Made by a program: the position numbers and the translations under genes. Positions 9,693 through 18,665 of a stretch of 64,000 nt of DNA are shown here, piece after piece (the first letter of the stretch is position 1; each line of letters begins with the position of its first letter). This stretch comes from an uncultured Gemmatimonadales bacterium (lineage in GTDB: Bacteria; Gemmatimonadota; Gemmatimonadetes; Gemmatimonadales; Gemmatimonadaceae), in contig CAWKNZ010000005.1 of the NCBI GenBank assembly GCA_963851265.1, positions 1 through 64,000 of the forward strand, written 5' to 3'. The notes below the pieces were generated by a model. The model saw only the letters and a program-made list of their open reading frames with translations, ran no database searches and was not told the DNA's origin.

Positions 9693-10991
9693 CTACACGC
9701 GCCGAACGCCGGGACCACCCGGCGCGCGCCCGATGCTTCCCCGCCCGTACCTCGCGCGGATCGCGTCGAGCGCGCCGGCCAGCTTGCGGTCGCGCTCGGT
9801 CTCGTGCCCCGCGAGCGCCGGCGGCGTGCCCGCCCGCGGCGTTCCCGCCGGCGTGTCGAACATCGAGAGCTGCGCCGCGCTCTCCGCCGTCGGCGCGAGC
9901 ACTTCGAGCCCCACGCCCACGAGCCGGAGCGGCGGCCGCCACCCCATGCGCAGCCGCGCGAACAGCGCGCGCACCACCGGCGCCACCGCCGCGACCGTCT
10001 GCACCGGCTCGGCCAGCGTCTGCGACCCCGACCGCACCGCGAACTCCGCGCTCTTGAGCTTCACGACCACGCGCCGCGCCGTGTGGCCGTCCGCGCGCAG
10101 GTCGTCGACGACGCGCTCGGCGAGGCGCAGCAGCTCGCCCACGAGCACGGCGTCGTCGGCGACGTCGCGCGGGAACGTGTCTTCGCGCGAGTGCGACTTC
10201 GCCCGCGCCCGCGGCGCCACCGGCCGCGCGTCGATCCCCCGCACCCGCTCCCAGAGCCAGCCGCCCCCGCGCGCGCCTAACAGCCCCTCCAGCGCCGCGC
10301 GGTCCGCCGCGCGCGCGTCGTCCACCGTGCGCAGGCCCGCCCGCGCCAGCCGCTCCGCCAGCACCGGCCCCACGCCCGGGATGTCGCCCAGCGCGAAGCG
10401 GCGCATGAACTCCGCCTCGCCGCCGGGCGCGACGACGTGCACGCCCGTCGCGCCGGTGCCCGGCTTGGGCTTCGCGACCTCGACGGCCATCTTCGCGACG
10501 AGCTTGGACGCGCCACCGCCCAACGACACCGAGAACCCGGTCTCGTCGAACACCGCGCGGCGGATGCGGTGCGCGGTCGCCTCGAGCGGCTCGCCGCCGT
10601 ACACCGCCTCGGTGCCGGTGAGGTCGAGGTACGCCTCGTCCACGCTCGCCGGCTCGAAGTCGGGGGTGAAGCGCGCGAGCACCGCGAAGATCGCGCGGCT
10701 CGTGCGCGCCACCACGTCCCGCGGCACGGGCACGACGAGCGCGCCGGGGCAGCGGCGCACCGCCATCGCCGTCGGCATGCCGGCCCGCACGCCGTACGCC
10801 CGCGCCTCGTAGCTCGCCGACGTCACCACCCCGCGCCCCGCGGCCGACCCGCCCACGATGAGCAGCCGCGCGCGCCCCGCGCCCTCGGGGTCGGCCGCGC
10901 GGGCGCACTGCGTGAAGAACGCGTCGCTGTCCGAGAGCAGGATGCGCCGCGCCGCCGTCCCCCCCGCCGCCCGGGACGACACGGCTACCAC
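9693..10991 (-). CDS. dinB: DNA polymerase IV (Y-family); start at 10991 or 10982
   Basis: ILLSDSDAFF, GVVTSASYEARAYGV, SVDEAYLD, AKMA..AKP, IPGVG, RLVGV. Confidence 0.92.
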   Translation of the reverse strand: MVAVSSRAAGGTAARRILLSDSDAFFTQCARAADPEGAGRARLLIVGGSAAGRGVVTSASYEARAYGVRAGMPTAMAVRRCPGALVVPVPRDVVARTSRAIFAVLARFTPDFEPASVDEAYLDLTGTEAVYGGEPLEATAHRIRRAVFDETGFSVSLGGGASKLVAKMAVEVAKPKPGTGATGVHVVAPGGEAEFMRRFALGDIPGVGPVLAERLARAGLRTVDDARAADRAALEGLLGARGGGWLWERVRGIDARPVAPRARAKSHSREDTFPRDVADDAVLVGELLRLAERVVDDLRADGHTARRVVVKLKSAEFAVRSGSQTLAEPVQTVAAVAPVVRALFARLRMGWRPPLRLVGVGLEVLAPTAESAAQLSMFDTPAGTPRAGTPPALAGHETERDRKLAGALDAIRARYGRGSIGRAPGGPGVRRV

Positions 10992-12097
10992 GCCGGAATC
11001 CCCTCCGGCGCCACGCGCCCGCGCGCCGCCACCGGCCAGCGCGTCTCGATCACGTCGTCGCGCACGCCGAACATCAGGTCGTTGAGCGCGACCGCCACGC
11101 ACGCGTGGTTGGGCACCACGCGCACCTGCTCGCCCACCGCCGGGCGCCACGCCGTGTGCGAGAGGTCGAGTATGCCGTGCTCCTCACTCATCCGCGTGAC
11201 CACCACGTCGGGGCGGTCGACGAGCGCGCCGAACCCCTCCAGCGCGTCGCTCGCCTCGCGGCCTAACGCCTTGCTCCCGGCGTCGATCACCGCCTGCCCC
11301 GGCACCGCCGTGCTCACCACCGTGGCGAGCACCGAGAACGCGCACTCGTCCCACTCGCAGGCGCCGATCTCCGCGGTGATGCGGTCGTTGTAGACGTACG
11401 TGCCCGGGCGCACCTCGGTGAGCTGCGGGATCTCGTGCATCCGCCACGCGGCCGGCGTCGAGCCGCCGCTCACGATCCGCGGCGGCAGCCCCACCGCCTC
11501 GAGCGCGCGCACCGCCGCCGCCACGCGACGCGCCACGTCGGCCATCGCGGGCGCCTGGCGCGCGATTGTCTGCCGCACGTGCCCGGGGTAGAATGCCAGC
11601 CCGTCGAAGCGGAGCGCCGTCTGGTCGGCCACGTACGTCGCGAGCGCGACCGCCGCGGCCCCGTCCTGCACCCCCACGCGCCGCATGCCGACGTCGAGCT
11701 CGACGAGCACGCCCACCGTGCGCCCGATCTCCGCGGCCGCCGCGGCGAGCTGCCGCGCCGCGTACTCCGAGTCGAGCGCGACCGTGATCCGCACGCTCGG
11801 CGCGAGGTTCGTCAGCCGCCGCAACGCCGTCATCCCGACGAGCGGGTACGCGACGAGCAGGTCGTCGGTGAGCTCGGCCATCACCTCCGCCTCACGCACG
11901 GTCGCGCACGTGACCCCCGCCGCGCCCAGCCGCAGCTGCTCGGCCGCGATGCGCGGCGACTTGTGCGTCTTCACGTGCGGACGCAGGCCGAAGCCGTGCA
12001 TCGCACAGTAGGCGGCCATGCGGTCGAGGTTGAGCGCGAGCCGGTCGAGGTCGACGAGCGGCGCGGGCGTCTCGAGCTGCTCCAGGTAGAGAGGCAT
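10985..12097 (-). CDS. Alanine-racemase-fold PLP enzyme (D-threonine aldolase / D-serine dehydratase-like)
   Basis: LETP, RPHVKTHK (PLP Lys), GGSTP, EVRPGTYVYND, DAGSKAL, SEEHG, PNHAC. Confidence 0.9.
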   Translation of the reverse strand: MPLYLEQLETPAPLVDLDRLALNLDRMAAYCAMHGFGLRPHVKTHKSPRIAAEQLRLGAAGVTCATVREAEVMAELTDDLLVAYPLVGMTALRRLTNLAPSVRITVALDSEYAARQLAAAAAEIGRTVGVLVELDVGMRRVGVQDGAAAVALATYVADQTALRFDGLAFYPGHVRQTIARQAPAMADVARRVAAAVRALEAVGLPPRIVSGGSTPAAWRMHEIPQLTEVRPGTYVYNDRITAEIGACEWDECAFSVLATVVSTAVPGQAVIDAGSKALGREASDALEGFGALVDRPDVVVTRMSEEHGILDLSHTAWRPAVGEQVRVVPNHACVAVALNDLMFGVRDDVIETRWPVAARGRVAPEGIPAW

Positions 12098-12152
12098 TGC
12101 AGAGCATATGACACCGGCGCACACGCGCCGGCAAGCCGTGGCCCCACCCACC

Positions 12153-12207
12153 CCGCGCAACTCGCGCGCGACCCACACGTGACCCGCGCGCAACCCGCAC
12201 GCAACCC
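12153..12207. repeat. 5 x 11-bp imperfect tandem repeat in a divergent intergenic region
   Basis: CCGCGCAACTC GCGCGCGACCC ACACGTGACCC GCGCGCAACCC GCACGCAACCC. Confidence 0.75.
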
Positions 12208-12219
12208 GAGACATCGCCG

Positions 12220-12672
12220 ATGACCGCCCCGCAGACCGAGTCCGACACCGCGCCCGACGGCCGCCGCTGGACCCCCGTCGCGCTCGGCCCCGACGCCGAA
12301 GGCCGCCCGGCGCCCGCACCCAAGGGCGCGTACTCGCCGGCCGTGCGCGCCGGTCCGTTCGTCTTCGTCTCGGGCCAGGTCCCGCGCGACCCGCACACCG
12401 GCGCCCTCGTCGGCGAGGACGACGTACGCGCGCAAACGCGCCAGACGCTCGCCAACGTGGCCGGCGTGCTCGCCGCCGCGGGCGCCACACTCGCCGACGT
12501 CGTGGGCGTCACGGTGCACCTCGCCGACGTCGGCCACTGGGCCGCCTTCGACGCCGTCTACCGCGAGGTGTTCGCGCCGCCCTACCCCACACGCACCGTG
12601 GTCGGTGCCGCGCTCCGCGGCATCCTCGTCGAGGTCACGGCGGTCGCGTACGTCGCCGACCACGCGCGGTGA
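12220..12672 (+). CDS. RidA/YjgF family protein
   Basis: GAYSPAV, FVSGQVP, PYPTRT, LVEV. Confidence 0.92.
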   Translation: MTAPQTESDTAPDGRRWTPVALGPDAEGRPAPAPKGAYSPAVRAGPFVFVSGQVPRDPHTGALVGEDDVRAQTRQTLANVAGVLAAAGATLADVVGVTVHLADVGHWAAFDAVYREVFAPPYPTRTVVGAALRGILVEVTAVAYVADHAR

Positions 12673-13379
12673 GCGGGTCGGGTCCGGCGCCCGGCGCCCC
12701 TCGCGCGCGCCACCTCGAGGTCCCGCGGACGGCGCGCTACTACGCCCTCGGCGGCCCCGCGGCGCGCGCGACGTGGGTCGCGCTGCACGGCTACGGTCAG
12801 CTCGCCGAGTACTTCGCCCGCCACTTCGTCGCCCACGCCGCCGCGCGCCTCGTCGTCGTGCCCGAGGCGCTCAACCGGTTCTACCTCGCCGCGCCCGGCG
12901 ACGCGGCGTCCGGAGGCCCGCGGCGCGTGGGCGCGACGTGGATGACGCGCGAGGACCGGCTCAACGAGATCGGCGACTACGTGCGCTACCTCGACCGCGT
13001 CCTCGACGCGGCGACCGAGGCCGCCGCGGTCGACCTCGCGCGCGCGCCGCTCTGCGTACTCGGCTTCTCGCAGGGCGCGGCCACCGCGTGCCGCTGGGCC
13101 GCGCACCGCCACGCCGACGGGCTCGCGCCGGCCGCACGCTTGGTACTCTGGGGCGGGGGCGTCCCCGAAGACTTCGACCTCGCCGGCGCGGACGGCGACG
13201 CCCTGCGCGCGTCGCGCCTCACGCTCGTCACGGGCGAGGCCGACGAGTTCGCGACGCCCGCGGTGGTGGCGGCCCAGGAGGCGCGGCTGCGCGAGGCGGG
13301 GGTGGGGTACGAGGCGGTGCGCTTCGACGGCGGACACCGGCTGGACGGCCAGACGTTAGGCCGAGTCGTCGCCGGCTGA
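12669..13379 (+). CDS. Alpha/beta hydrolase (phospholipase/carboxylesterase-like)
   Basis: LHGYGQ, GFSQG nucleophile elbow, FDGGH. Confidence 0.88.
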   Translation: MSGSGPAPGAPRARHLEVPRTARYYALGGPAARATWVALHGYGQLAEYFARHFVAHAAARLVVVPEALNRFYLAAPGDAASGGPRRVGATWMTREDRLNEIGDYVRYLDRVLDAATEAAAVDLARAPLCVLGFSQGAATACRWAAHRHADGLAPAARLVLWGGGVPEDFDLAGADGDALRASRLTLVTGEADEFATPAVVAAQEARLREAGVGYEAVRFDGGHRLDGQTLGRVVAG

Positions 13380-13393
13380 GGCCGGCGCGCCGC

Positions 13394-13783
13394 TCACCGC
13401 CCGCGAAACTTGTTGAAGTCGCGCCGGTCCCGCTTGTCCGGCCGCCCCTCGTCGAACGCCACCGCCCCGAGCCGCCGCTGCTCCGCCTCTCGCGCCCGCG
13501 CCGCCGTGCTCTCCTCGGTCTCCTCGTAGAGCGTCGCCGCGACCGTCGCCGACCCGCGCCGCTCCGCGGTGTCCGTCACGCGCACCACGAACAGCTGCGT
13601 TCCCACGCGCACCCGCACCTCGTCCCCCACGCCCACGAGCTTGGCCGGCTTCACGCGTGCGCCGTTGATGTCCACCTTGCCCCCATCCACCGCCTCGGTC
13701 GCGAGCGAGCGCGTCTTGAAGAACCGCGCCGCCCACAGCCACTTGTCGATGCGCACCCGCTCGGCGTCGTCGCGCTCACTCAT
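13394..13783 (-). CDS. hslR: S4-domain RNA-binding heat shock protein 15
   Basis: RIDKWLWAARFFKTRSLA...GRPDKRDRR. Confidence 0.92.
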   Translation of the reverse strand: MSERDDAERVRIDKWLWAARFFKTRSLATEAVDGGKVDINGARVKPAKLVGVGDEVRVRVGTQLFVVRVTDTAERRGSATVAATLYEETEESTAARAREAEQRRLGAVAFDEGRPDKRDRRDFNKFRGR

Positions 13784-14142
13784 GCGTCGTCCTCGTCGTC
13801 GTCGTCGGAATCCTCGTCCGCCCCGTCTCCGCCCTCTAGCCCTTCGGTCAGCCGCGCCACCGCGCCCGCGTACACGTTCCGCTCGTCCGGGCTCCGCGCG
13901 CCCGCGAGCAGCCCCGCGACCTGCGGCATCAGCGCGCGAAGCGCGTCGTCGTCCGGCGTCGCATCGGCCGCGTCCGCGAACAGCGCCTGCACGCGGTCGC
14001 ACGCGTCGGCCATGCGCGCGTAGCTCGCCGCGTCGGGGCCGGGGCCGCGGCGCCCGCGATCGAGCGACGCCGCGCGCGCGCGCAGCCCGCGAGCGTCGGC
14101 GGCGAACCGGTCCGCGAGGTGCGCGGCGAGAGGGCTGGGCAT
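13780..14142 (-). CDS. Hypothetical protein with acidic tail
   Basis: ORF coupled to hslR by ATGA overlap; TAACTT 7 nt upstream of ATG. Confidence 0.7.
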   Translation of the reverse strand: MPSPLAAHLADRFAADARGLRARAASLDRGRRGPGPDAASYARMADACDRVQALFADAADATPDDDALRALMPQVAGLLAGARSPDERNVYAGAVARLTEGLEGGDGADEDSDDDDEDDA

Positions 14143-14181
14143 GCCCGACAAGTTAGGCCGGCTCGCCCGCGGGACCCACCC

Positions 14182-15903
14182 TCACCCCTCGTCGGGCTTC
14201 GCGAGCGCGCTGTTGAGGTAGCTCGGGTCGTCGGTGACCTCGCGTACGACGTACGCCGCGAGCCACGGCGGAAACACCACCGGCGTGTCGGGCGCCGGCA
14301 GCTCCACCTCGGCGAGCACGAGCGTGCGATCGGTGAACTCGTCGATTTCCCACGTCAGCTCCCCCTCGGGCACCGCGTAGCGGCGCTTGCGCACGCGCCG
14401 CGAGCGCGTCGCCGGCCACAGCACGTCGAACAGCTCGGGCGTCGTCTCCTCCTCCACCTCGATGCGCGACACGCCGGCGCCGAGCTTGACCGTGCGCACC
14501 AGGCGCTCGCGCCCGTCGCGCGTGACGCGGCGCACGCGCTCGCGGAGCCGCTCGCCCGGCAGGTAGCCCTGCTCGACCTCGGCCGCCGTCGCCCCGCGCA
14601 GCGCCCGCGGCAGCGCCCGCAGCAGGTACTTGCGCTCGATCTCGACACCCGGCGCCGCGTGCGCCGCATCGAGCACCGCCGCGCACGCGTCCAGTTCGGC
14701 CACGAGCGCCGTCGCCCCGCCGTCGAGCCAGCGCGCGCCGATCTCGCGCGCGAGCGCCTCGCGCTGCGCCCGCGCGCGACGCGCGAGCCCCTGCAACCCG
14801 GGCCGCGGGTCGGGGAGCGCGGGGGCGAGGTCGGCCGCGGCCGCGTCGGGCGCGGCCGCGGGCTCGCCCGATCCGGCCGCCGCGTCACCGTCCGCCGCCG
14901 GCCCGACGGCCGGGGTCCCCGCGGTGGGCGCACCCGCACCCTGTTCGGCCGTATCGGCGTCGGCCGCGGCGAGCGCGCGTTCCATCGTCCCGGCCAACAC
15001 GTCGAGGTCGTGCAGCGTGCCGAACTCGTCCTGCAGGGCGCGCAGTCGCTCGAGCAGCGGCGGCGCGCCGTCGACGAACCGGCCGACCGGGGCGAGCAGG
15101 TAGCGCACGCGCTTGGCCGCGAGCCTCGCCTCGTGCGCCAGCTCCGACTCGACGCCCGCGCCCCCGACGTCGGCCCCCGCCCGCACCGCGGCGAGGCTCG
15201 AGAGGGAGTCGCCTAACACGACGGCGCCCGCGCGCACGCGGCTCGCGAGCGTGCCGGCGAAGGTCGGTGCGGCCGCGGGGTGGTCGTCGGGCAGCGCGAC
15301 GCGCGCCGTGCGCGTGTACACCGGCAGCGCGCGCGCGAGCTTCGCGAGCGTGCGGCCCGCCCGCGGCCCGAACGCGTCCGCCGCCGCGGCCACGGCGTCG
15401 CCGTGCGCCGCGGTGAGCTGCTGCCGCAGGAGCGCCGCGCCGGCGCGCTGCCGCGAGTACAACCGCGACCGCTGCCCCGCGAGCCACGCCAACTGGACTT
15501 CGGCGTCGCGCGCGGGGTTCGTCGCCCGCGCCAGCGCGCGCAACCGCCGCAGCACGGACTTCGGCACGCTCTCCGACAGCTCCGGCGCGAACGCCTTCAG
15601 CGCCACCCGCAAGCGGCGGAGCGCGACGCGGAAGTCGTGCAGCGCCTCCGGGTCCCGCCCGGCCGGCGCGCCGGCGCCCGCCGCGCCCCCGTCGGGCCCG
15701 GCGAGCGCCGCGTGCGCCTCTGCCGCGCGCGTGGTGAGAAACAGCGCGACGAGCCGCGCGCCCTCGGCCGGCGCGCGCGCGAGCAGATCGTCGGGCAGCT
15801 TCGCGAGCGTCGGCGCCGGGGGCCGCGCGTGCGACTCGGCCGCCCCGCTCCCCACGCGCGCGCCGTCCTGGGCCCGCGCGCCCCTGCCCCCGTGCTTCTT
15901 CAC
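14182..15903 (-). CDS. CHAD + CYTH domain protein
   Basis: CHAD motifs LHDFRVALRRLR, HEARLAAKRVRY, LQDEFGTLHDLDV; C-terminal CYTH EIERKYL, EQGYL, RKRRY, WEIDEF, LAEVEL. Confidence 0.88.
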   Translation of the reverse strand: MKKHGGRGARAQDGARVGSGAAESHARPPAPTLAKLPDDLLARAPAEGARLVALFLTTRAAEAHAALAGPDGGAAGAGAPAGRDPEALHDFRVALRRLRVALKAFAPELSESVPKSVLRRLRALARATNPARDAEVQLAWLAGQRSRLYSRQRAGAALLRQQLTAAHGDAVAAAADAFGPRAGRTLAKLARALPVYTRTARVALPDDHPAAAPTFAGTLASRVRAGAVVLGDSLSSLAAVRAGADVGGAGVESELAHEARLAAKRVRYLLAPVGRFVDGAPPLLERLRALQDEFGTLHDLDVLAGTMERALAAADADTAEQGAGAPTAGTPAVGPAADGDAAAGSGEPAAAPDAAAADLAPALPDPRPGLQGLARRARAQREALAREIGARWLDGGATALVAELDACAAVLDAAHAAPGVEIERKYLLRALPRALRGATAAEVEQGYLPGERLRERVRRVTRDGRERLVRTVKLGAGVSRIEVEEETTPELFDVLWPATRSRRVRKRRYAVPEGELTWEIDEFTDRTLVLAEVELPAPDTPVVFPPWLAAYVVREVTDDPSYLNSALAKPDEG

Positions 15904-16280
15904 TCGTCCGCCGCCACGGCCGACACGCTCGCGCCGCCGTCGGCGCCGTAGGCCACGGTCACGCGCCACGGCCGGCAGCACACGGCGCAGTCCTCGACGT
16001 ACTCCTGCGCGGCCCCGCCGCCCGGGTCGATCGCGACCTCGGTCGGCTCGCCGCAATACGGGCACCACACCGTCGCGCTCATGTCGGCCACGCCGTCGCC
16101 CAACGGAAACGCCTCGTCGAGCGCGTCCCGCGCCTCGTCGTCGAGCCGCGCCGCGATTCGCGCATCGTCGTCCTCGTCCTCGTCGGCCGCGTCCTCGGGC
16201 GCGCGCGCATCGCGCGGCGAAGCATCCTCGTCGTCGGAGTCGTCGAGGGGGTCGAAAATCGGGCGCGAGAACGAAGGCAC
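15900..16280 (-). CDS. CPXCG-motif cysteine-rich protein with acidic N-terminus (start uncertain)
   Basis: CPYCGE...YVEDCAVCCRPW. Confidence 0.82.
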   Translation of the reverse strand: MPSFSRPIFDPLDDSDDEDASPRDARAPEDAADEDEDDDARIAARLDDEARDALDEAFPLGDGVADMSATVWCPYCGEPTEVAIDPGGGAAQEYVEDCAVCCRPWRVTVAYGADGGASVSAVAADE

Positions 16281-16455
16281 GACGGAGGGGCGAAAGACGA
16301 GAGACGACGGAAGCACGCACGCGCGACGCGCGCGTCTCGTTATCCTCGGGGCGCGCGGCGCGTAGCGCAAGACCACACGCCGCATGACGACGCACCGTAG
16401 GCCACCACCGTGCGTGCCCCATAGCTTGGAGGCGGCGCTCACCCCGGAGGTCCTC

Positions 16456-17250
16456 ATGCGCGTCCCACCCGTTCGCTCCACCGTCGCCACGCTGCTCACC
16501 CTCGGCGCCGTCGCGCCGCGCGTCGCCCGAGCACAGACCGCGCCCGCCGGCCCGCACGCGTTGGCCGCCGACCCCTTTTTCGACGACGACACGCCGCAGC
16601 GGTCGGCCCTCGCGCGGCGCCTCACGGGCGGCTTTTCGGTCGCGGTCAGCCAGCCGCTCGGCGACTTCCGCCGTGGCGGGCGCGTCGGCTTCGGGGTGGC
16701 GGGGTTCGCCTCGATCAGCGCCGACCCGGTCGGCATCCTCGGCCTGCGCGTGGAGGGCGGCGCGCAGAACTACGGGACCACCTCGCTCCGCACCGCGCAG
16801 CCGGGCTACGGGTTCTACACCACGCAGCTCCGACAGACGACGAGCAACGACATCTTCTGGCTCGGCGTCGGCCCGCAGGTCACGATCCCGCTCGGGCCGG
16901 TGCGCCCGTACGGCTTCGCGACCGTCGGCGCGGCGAACTTCTCGACGACGTCGTCGCTGCAGTACGCGCTCTACGGCGACCCGTACGGGTACAACCGCGA
17001 GTTCCAGTCGACCGACCTGTCCAACTGGGCGCTCGCCCGCGCCGCGGGCGGGGGCGTGCGCTTCCGGGTCGGGCGCGCGGCCGGCCACGCGGCCTACGTC
17101 GACGCCGGCGCGCGCTGGCAGCGCGTCAACGACGTCAGCTATCTCACGCCCGGCGCGGTCCCCGCGGGCGTCGACCCCAACACGCTCGCCCTGCGCGGGC
17201 GGGCCGACTTCGTCACGTACCACCTCGGGGTGTCGCTCTCGGGACGGTAG
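16456..17250 (+). CDS. Putative outer-membrane beta-barrel protein
   Basis: GGAGG RBS, signal peptide ending ARA|Q, amphipathic strands, C-terminal YHLGVSL. Confidence 0.7.
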   Translation: MRVPPVRSTVATLLTLGAVAPRVARAQTAPAGPHALAADPFFDDDTPQRSALARRLTGGFSVAVSQPLGDFRRGGRVGFGVAGFASISADPVGILGLRVEGGAQNYGTTSLRTAQPGYGFYTTQLRQTTSNDIFWLGVGPQVTIPLGPVRPYGFATVGAANFSTTSSLQYALYGDPYGYNREFQSTDLSNWALARAAGGGVRFRVGRAAGHAAYVDAGARWQRVNDVSYLTPGAVPAGVDPNTLALRGRADFVTYHLGVSLSGR

Positions 17251-17313
17251 ACGCGCGGCGTTCGAGCCCAGCCTGCAACAACAGGGGCTCGGTGCGGGGC
17301 GCGGGCGCGCGGC

Positions 17314-18585
17314 ATGTTCGCGCCCGCTCCGCCGCCGGCGGCAGCGATTCCTTCGCCCGTCGCGTCAGGAGGCGCCGTGTTTCGTGTTCGCTTTGCTCGT
17401 CCCGCCCGTGTCCATTCGGACCCCGGCGCACCCCGTGACTCCGGTCCCCGTTCCGGTCGCGGCATCCGGCTGACGTCCGGCTGGCGCGGCCACCTGGGCC
17501 GCGGCTCGTGCGGCGGCCTCGTCGCGCTGCTGCTCCTGTGTGCACTCGCCGCGTGCGTCGACGCCGTCGCGCCGTCGCCGGCCCCGCAGCCACGTCGCGA
17601 GCTGGGGCTCTGCAACACGGACGGGGTGTGTCTCGAACCCGGGGCCGGCGCGTGTACCACCGCGAGTCCAGACTGCCTCTGTGACCCGGGTGGGGCGTAC
17701 TGCTGCTTGCGCGACGCGTTCTGCGCCCGCGCGCCGGGGCCGGCTTCCGACGCGCTCGCGCCCCAGGTCCGCATCCTCTGGGCGCGCGGGCCTAACGTCG
17801 AGGGCTCGTTCACCACCCTCGCGGGCGAGCGCACGCTCGCCTTCGCCGCCGAGGCGGTGCCGGCGCCGCTCGCGCCGTCGGTGACGTGGTCGGTGGTGGA
17901 CGACCCGGGCGACGCCGTGCGGGCCGTCGCCCCGTCCGGCTCCGCGCCGGCGGGCACGTCGTCCAGCCTCGACGTCTCGCGGCAGACGACCGAGCGGTGG
18001 CGGCTTCCGCACGGCGCACCGCTCAGCGCGCGCGCGCTGGCCTTCCGCGTCGTCGCCGAACTCCCGGCGTCGGGCGGGCGCCGCGCGGCGCGGGACTCGA
18101 TCGTCGTGCGCCAGCGCGAGGTGGACGTGCTGCGGCAGGAGTACGCGGACTTCGGCATCGTGGTGCCGAGTGCGCGCGACGTGGTGACGCCCGCGGACGT
18201 GGCGGGCCGGACGCGCTTCGCGTGGTCGCAGCTGAACCAGGGGGACTACGGCGTGGCAGTCATCACGCCGGTGCTGCTCGCCGGACTCGAAGCGGTGAGC
18301 GCGCAGTCGGACCAACCGCTCGCGCTCACCAGCGTCTTCCGGAACCCCGCGCACCACCGCTTCCACATCAACGTCTCGGGCGGGTCCGCGAAGGCGCTGT
18401 TGAGCCAGCACCAGTACGGGACGGCGGTGGACATCCGCACGCACCGGAACCTCGACACCTGGCACCGGCTGCGAAACATCGCGAAGAGCGCGGGTGCGTG
18501 TGCGGAGCCGCTCACGATCAGCACGAGCGACCACGTGCACGCCGATTGGCGCACGGGCGCGCCGATCTGTCCCAAGGGGTGGTGA
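17314..18585 (+). CDS. Cys-rich putative lipoprotein with C-terminal peptidase M15-type (D-Ala-D-Ala/LAS) domain; true start probably downstream
   Basis: Lipobox LAAC, Cys cluster, LRQEY, TSVFRNP, SQHQYGTAVD (HxxxxxxD), HVH. Confidence 0.75.
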   Translation: MFAPAPPPAAAIPSPVASGGAVFRVRFARPARVHSDPGAPRDSGPRSGRGIRLTSGWRGHLGRGSCGGLVALLLLCALAACVDAVAPSPAPQPRRELGLCNTDGVCLEPGAGACTTASPDCLCDPGGAYCCLRDAFCARAPGPASDALAPQVRILWARGPNVEGSFTTLAGERTLAFAAEAVPAPLAPSVTWSVVDDPGDAVRAVAPSGSAPAGTSSSLDVSRQTTERWRLPHGAPLSARALAFRVVAELPASGGRRAARDSIVVRQREVDVLRQEYADFGIVVPSARDVVTPADVAGRTRFAWSQLNQGDYGVAVITPVLLAGLEAVSAQSDQPLALTSVFRNPAHHRFHINVSGGSAKALLSQHQYGTAVDIRTHRNLDTWHRLRNIAKSAGACAEPLTISTSDHVHADWRTGAPICPKGW

Positions 18586-18665
18586 TGGTTGCCCGTGGAA
18601 TGACGGCGTCGCGAGTTCAGGCCTCCTACTTCTCCTCAAGACAACCACACCCAGCACGCACGCGC

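Noticed and set aside
12153..12207. Short repeats as a CRISPR array or iterons
   Set aside because: Units are 11 bp and contiguous with no spacers, and there are no cas or rep genes.
14182..17223. Giant ORF-track proteins (1013 aa here, 1177 aa at 33783, 1149 aa at 39839) as fusions
   Set aside because: The N-terminal extensions are stop-free alternative frames of neighbouring genes; real starts are at about 15903, 34878 and 40520.
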